Assembly (NCBI GenBank): GCA_963778655.1
Contig: CAVZVA010000003.1
Coordinates: 32,001 to 96,000 of the forward strand
Source of the DNA: an uncultured delta proteobacterium
GTDB lineage: Bacteria; Myxococcota_A; Polyangia; Polyangiales; JAFGIB01
Length of the DNA: 64,000 bases
Reading direction: 5' to 3'
Both the position numbers and the translations under genes were made by a program. Under the pieces are notes generated by a model that was not told where the DNA came from, ran no database searches, and worked only from the letters and a program-made list of their open reading frames with translations. This document shows positions 60,562 through 64,000 of the stretch, one piece after another (the first letter of the stretch is position 1; each line of letters begins with the position of its first letter).

Positions 60562-60693
60562 CAAAGCCCTCCGCGCCGAATGCGTCGTGACCGGACGTGC
60601 CGCGGCGACTGGATTCCCGAGGATGCTCGCACGGCGGTCGATCGTGTGCAACGAAGCCTGCGTCCCAGTGTAGGCTCGCGCGTAACGCCCCAG

Positions 60694-62001
60694 ATGCAAC
60701 AGACGGAAACCGACGCTCCGGAGCGCTCCCTTCGATCTCCGCCGGGGGGCTGGAGCCCGTTCGTCGCGCGTCACTTCGGCCGCGAGCCGGTGCTGTATCG
60801 CCGAGCCTTCGATGCGACCTTCGTAGATGCCTCGCGCCTTCATCGGCTGCTGGTACGCGCCGGCGCCGCGCTGCGGCGGGGGGAACCGGTGCGCGCCCGC
60901 GTGTTTGTCGAGCGCGGCAATCAGGATGATACCGCGGCATGGCTCCCACGGCGCGAGCCGACACTCGAGAGCTACGCCGCGCGCTTACGCAAAGAGTGCA
61001 GAGGCCGCGATTTCACGGTCCTGATCAACGGCGGTGCGGCGCACGACCTCGCGCTGTACCGGCGCTGCCGTGGCTTTCTGCGCGGCCTCAACGCGGAAGC
61101 AGGTGTCTCGCTGCTCAACGACGCCGTCGTCTATCTGAGCCATGCACGCGCCAGCACGTTCGGCGTGCACCAGGATCCGGACCACAACTTCCTGTTCGTG
61201 GTGCAAGGGCGCAAACGCTTTCGCGTCTGGAAGAAGGACGCCGTGGAACGACGCCCCAGGCTGATCCGCTCCCAACGCTACGACGCGATCGCGGGCAGCG
61301 CGATTGCGTTCGACGTCGGTCCCGGAGACCTGCTGTACATCCCGGCCGGGGCCTACCACGTCGCCGAGTCCGACCGTGCGTTGGCCTTGCACCTGAGCCT
61401 GCTGGTCAACGCCGATCCCGATACCGCGTTTCGACTCGTCGCAGATGCTGCCGTCCAGCTTGCGCGCGCACGCGCAGGCAGCGTGGGAGCGGGCGGCCTC
61501 CTGCAATTGCCTCGCCGGCGCCCCGGGGCACACAGGCTCACGTTGCCCGATTCACTCGCGCGCGCAGTTGGCGCTTTCGACCCGGTCGGCACCCCGCTGC
61601 ACAGCGTGATCTTGGAGCTGTGGGCGATGCGCGCTTCGGGCTTCGGCTTTCGAGATGTCCCTCCCCTGCGCGGACCGACGAGCTTGCGCGACGAACAACG
61701 GGTATGCCTGGATCGAGACAGCGGGCTCGTCTGCTACCGCACGGGCGCCATCGCCCTCTGCGCGGCCAACGGCCACGCCTACCGCTTCCCAGCGCATCCG
61801 CGCGTGGTCGCGATGATCGAACGGCTTTCGCGCGGCGCCGTCGCCACGGTCCGCGAGCTGGTCGCCGGTGCCAAGGGGGTTGCCCGGATTGGAGGCGTCC
61901 AGCGCGACGCGACGCCGGCCTTCGTGCACGCGGTGCTCGTGATGCTGTACCGCATGCGGGCGATCCGGGTAACGCGCGCGCGAAGCCGAGGCTGTGTCTG
62001 A
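60694..62001 (+). CDS. JmjC/cupin_4 oxygenase (long type, C-terminal ANGH domain)
   Basis: STFGVHQD, QGRKRFRVW, PGDLLYIPAGAYHVAES, CAANGH. Confidence 0.88.
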   Translation: MQQTETDAPERSLRSPPGGWSPFVARHFGREPVLYRRAFDATFVDASRLHRLLVRAGAALRRGEPVRARVFVERGNQDDTAAWLPRREPTLESYAARLRKECRGRDFTVLINGGAAHDLALYRRCRGFLRGLNAEAGVSLLNDAVVYLSHARASTFGVHQDPDHNFLFVVQGRKRFRVWKKDAVERRPRLIRSQRYDAIAGSAIAFDVGPGDLLYIPAGAYHVAESDRALALHLSLLVNADPDTAFRLVADAAVQLARARAGSVGAGGLLQLPRRRPGAHRLTLPDSLARAVGAFDPVGTPLHSVILELWAMRASGFGFRDVPPLRGPTSLRDEQRVCLDRDSGLVCYRTGAIALCAANGHAYRFPAHPRVVAMIERLSRGAVATVRELVAGAKGVARIGGVQRDATPAFVHAVLVMLYRMRAIRVTRARSRGCV

Positions 62002-62040
62002 TTGCGCTGCTTGCTACGCCATCGGAGTCGGGGGCAGCCG

Positions 62041-63078
62041 CTAACGTGCGCGCCCCCAGAACCACTCGACCTGCGCGCGGGCCCGGCGCTCGCTCAGCCA
62101 ATGCTCGAACAGCAGCTCTGCGACCCGTTCGCGCGTCGCCGCGTCGAGCACCGCGCGCTCGATGGCGAGCACGCGCACGACCGCGAACTCTTCACCGCTC
62201 GGCATTGGCCCCGCGAGCTCGCCCTCGAGAGCAGCGAAGATCGGCCCGGCCTGCTCGGGGGCGAGCGCGCTCCTCTGCACGCGCATGAAGAGCTTGTCGC
62301 CGCCTTTGCCGCGCGCAAGAAAGGCTGCGCTTGCCGCCGCGAAATAGTCCAGCGCGCCCGATCGGATCCGGGCGCAGATGCTCTGCGCCTTCTCGGCGGT
62401 CTCGACCTCGAAGCGAGCGATGTAGGCGCGGTCGAAGTCCGCTGCGTGCTCGGCGAAGTAGCCGTCGATGTGCGGCGAGGTTATCCTCTCGCGCAAGGCA
62501 TTGCGCGCGAGCTCGCCTGCGAGCTGTGCCTCGAGCCCCTGTTCAGTCATGCCGTGAGCCGCGAGCCAGCGCTCGGTGCTCGCGACCGTGTGCAGCTCGC
62601 GAGCGCAGCGGAAGGCATCGAGCGCAGCTTGCAGCTCCTGGTCGGACACAGAGATGCGTTCCGCGTCGAGGACCTCGTCGATCAAGCACATGTCGACCAA
62701 ACCCCTGGCGATCGGCGCCTGATCCCAGATCGCGTCGCATGCTGCCATCGCATCCTCGATCGTGAGCACGCGGCCGTTTACGCTCAACAACTCGTATTCG
62801 CGAGCATGGTGCACGCCGCGCAGCGGCCAGGGCAACTCCGCTTCCGGCGCAAAGCTCAGCGACAGCGTCCCGCGGCCGGAAAAGCGCAACAGAGCGTCAT
62901 AGTGGACTGCAGACGTCAGCGCTTGCTCCTCCCACACCAGCTCGAGCCCGAGCTGCGGGAAGCGCCGGCCTATCAGCGCCATCTTCCGTTGCGCTTCGGC
63001 CGTGTCGACTCGTTCACGGCTCAAGTCGAGCAGGCAGGCAAGCACCTCTCTCACGGCGCGCTGCTCCGCGGCGTTCAT
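62041..63078 (-). CDS. TIGR04500-like putative peptide maturation protein (PpiC-related C-terminus)
   Basis: LVWEE.....HYDALL...GTLSLSF.....LPWPLRG, LLSVNG, VSDQELQAALDAFR..R.L...T..WL..HG, LFEHWL..RR..A.VEWFWG; ATGA-coupled to the ATP-grasp gene. Confidence 0.82.
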   Translation of the reverse strand: MNAAEQRAVREVLACLLDLSRERVDTAEAQRKMALIGRRFPQLGLELVWEEQALTSAVHYDALLRFSGRGTLSLSFAPEAELPWPLRGVHHAREYELLSVNGRVLTIEDAMAACDAIWDQAPIARGLVDMCLIDEVLDAERISVSDQELQAALDAFRCARELHTVASTERWLAAHGMTEQGLEAQLAGELARNALRERITSPHIDGYFAEHAADFDRAYIARFEVETAEKAQSICARIRSGALDYFAAASAAFLARGKGGDKLFMRVQRSALAPEQAGPIFAALEGELAGPMPSGEEFAVVRVLAIERAVLDAATRERVAELLFEHWLSERRARAQVEWFWGRAR

Positions 63079-64000
63079 GCCTGCCCCGCCCCGGGCGAGG
63101 AGCTCTCGGCCCGGCTCCGGGTTGGCTCGCGTGAGACCAAGAGGTCGCAAACCGCATCGCTGATCGGAAGCCCGGTGAGGCTCTCGATCCACAGGTACTC
63201 GCCGTTCGGATTGAGCTCGAGGAACACGTAACGCGAATCTGGGGTGACGATCATGTCGATGGCCCCGAACAGCAGGCCGAGGTCGGCGATCATCCGCACG
63301 CACGCTTGCTGCAGCTGGACGGGGAGCTCATGCGTCCGGTGCGGGGTGTGGGCGGTGTCGTGGTGTCGCCAATCGTAGCGGGTGTGGTTCGCGCGCTGAG
63401 AATCGATCTCCGCGGCGAAGACCCGCTGTCCGACCACGGTGACCCGCAGCTCGATCCGCTTTTCGACGTACGCCTGAACGATCGTAGGACAACACTCCGA
63501 CCCGTACACGTGCGCGAGGTCGCGTCGCGAGACCAAATAGGTGAAGGGGCGAACGCGAGCGCCGTCGTCGGCGAACACGTCCGCGGATTTGAGCGCCTTG
63601 CGGACGATCTTACCTCGGTGCTGCCGGTAGAACTCCAAGATCTCCGCAGGGCTGTTCGTGATCAGCGTCGGCGGGATCTCAAGACCCAGCGACCGCGCGA
63701 AATCGAGCTGAAAGACCTTCGAGCTCGCCTGCTCGATGCGAGCGGGTGTGCCGGGGAGCCAAAGGCCGGCGTGCGCATTCCACACGCTCTCGAGAAGCGT
63801 GTTGCATTGGGTTTCGACCCAGGGGCGGGTCGCTTGCGCCCGCAGGTAGTCGTGCACGACAGGCTGCTGCGGGCGGCGATACCAGACGGCCGTAACCCGC
63901 GCGAGGTCGAAGCGCGAGTCGCCGACCTGAGCCACCCGTTGAGTTGCGCCGTGGTTTCCGTAGCGCAGCGACAGGCGCGCGTGCTGCGGGAAGCTCGCGT
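63075..64000 (-). CDS. MvdC/MvdD-family ATP-grasp peptide ligase (5' end outside window)
   Basis: AVWYRRP, K..QL..A..LGLEIPPTLITNSP, QAYVEKRIELRVTVVG, DWR, LGLLFGAIDMIVTPD, FLELNPNGEYLWIE..TGLPIS. Confidence 0.93.
   Translation of the reverse strand, partial: ASFPQHARLSLRYGNHGATQRVAQVGDSRFDLARVTAVWYRRPQQPVVHDYLRAQATRPWVETQCNTLLESVWNAHAGLWLPGTPARIEQASSKVFQLDFARSLGLEIPPTLITNSPAEILEFYRQHRGKIVRKALKSADVFADDGARVRPFTYLVSRRDLAHVYGSECCPTIVQAYVEKRIELRVTVVGQRVFAAEIDSQRANHTRYDWRHHDTAHTPHRTHELPVQLQQACVRMIADLGLLFGAIDMIVTPDSRYVFLELNPNGEYLWIESLTGLPISDAVCDLLVSREPTRSRAESSSPGAGQA

Overview
Very GC-rich window that looks like a myxobacterium (Myxococcota, probably Polyangiales-like), judged from a MYXO-CTERM tail, DUF2330, an ECF sigma/anti-sigma/Cys-rich lipoprotein module and Gly-rich lipoproteins. 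Positions 1-20.2 kb are core-like: class I fumarase, acyP, rpmE, prfA, MerR, a metallophosphoesterase, a LuxC/LuxE/class III aminotransferase operon, a frameshifted SseB-like gene and tRNA-Phe. Everything after tRNA-Phe looks accessory. It starts with an IS91-like transposase remnant and an orphan cobQ. Next is a ~9.7 kb segment bounded by two inverted 74-bp repeats (one interrupted by a CTAG-targeting MITE), holding an ECF module and a double-glycine peptide with two membrane-fusion proteins and a C39 ABC transporter. Then come a TetR-controlled catabolic cluster built around a ZenA-type (zearalenone lactonase-like) hydrolase and several internally deleted pseudogenes. From 48.7 kb to the window end is a large putative RiPP tailoring locus: an ATP-grasp ligase, a TIGR04500-like PpiC maturation protein, four JmjC/cupin oxygenases, two other 2OG-Fe(II) oxygenases, an HDxxH metalloprotein, an MBL-fold hydrolase, a FkbH-like protein, a GT4-like glycosyltransferase and a methyltransferase. 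Its precursor is probably beyond the right edge. All family calls come from motif recognition by eye; no searches were run.
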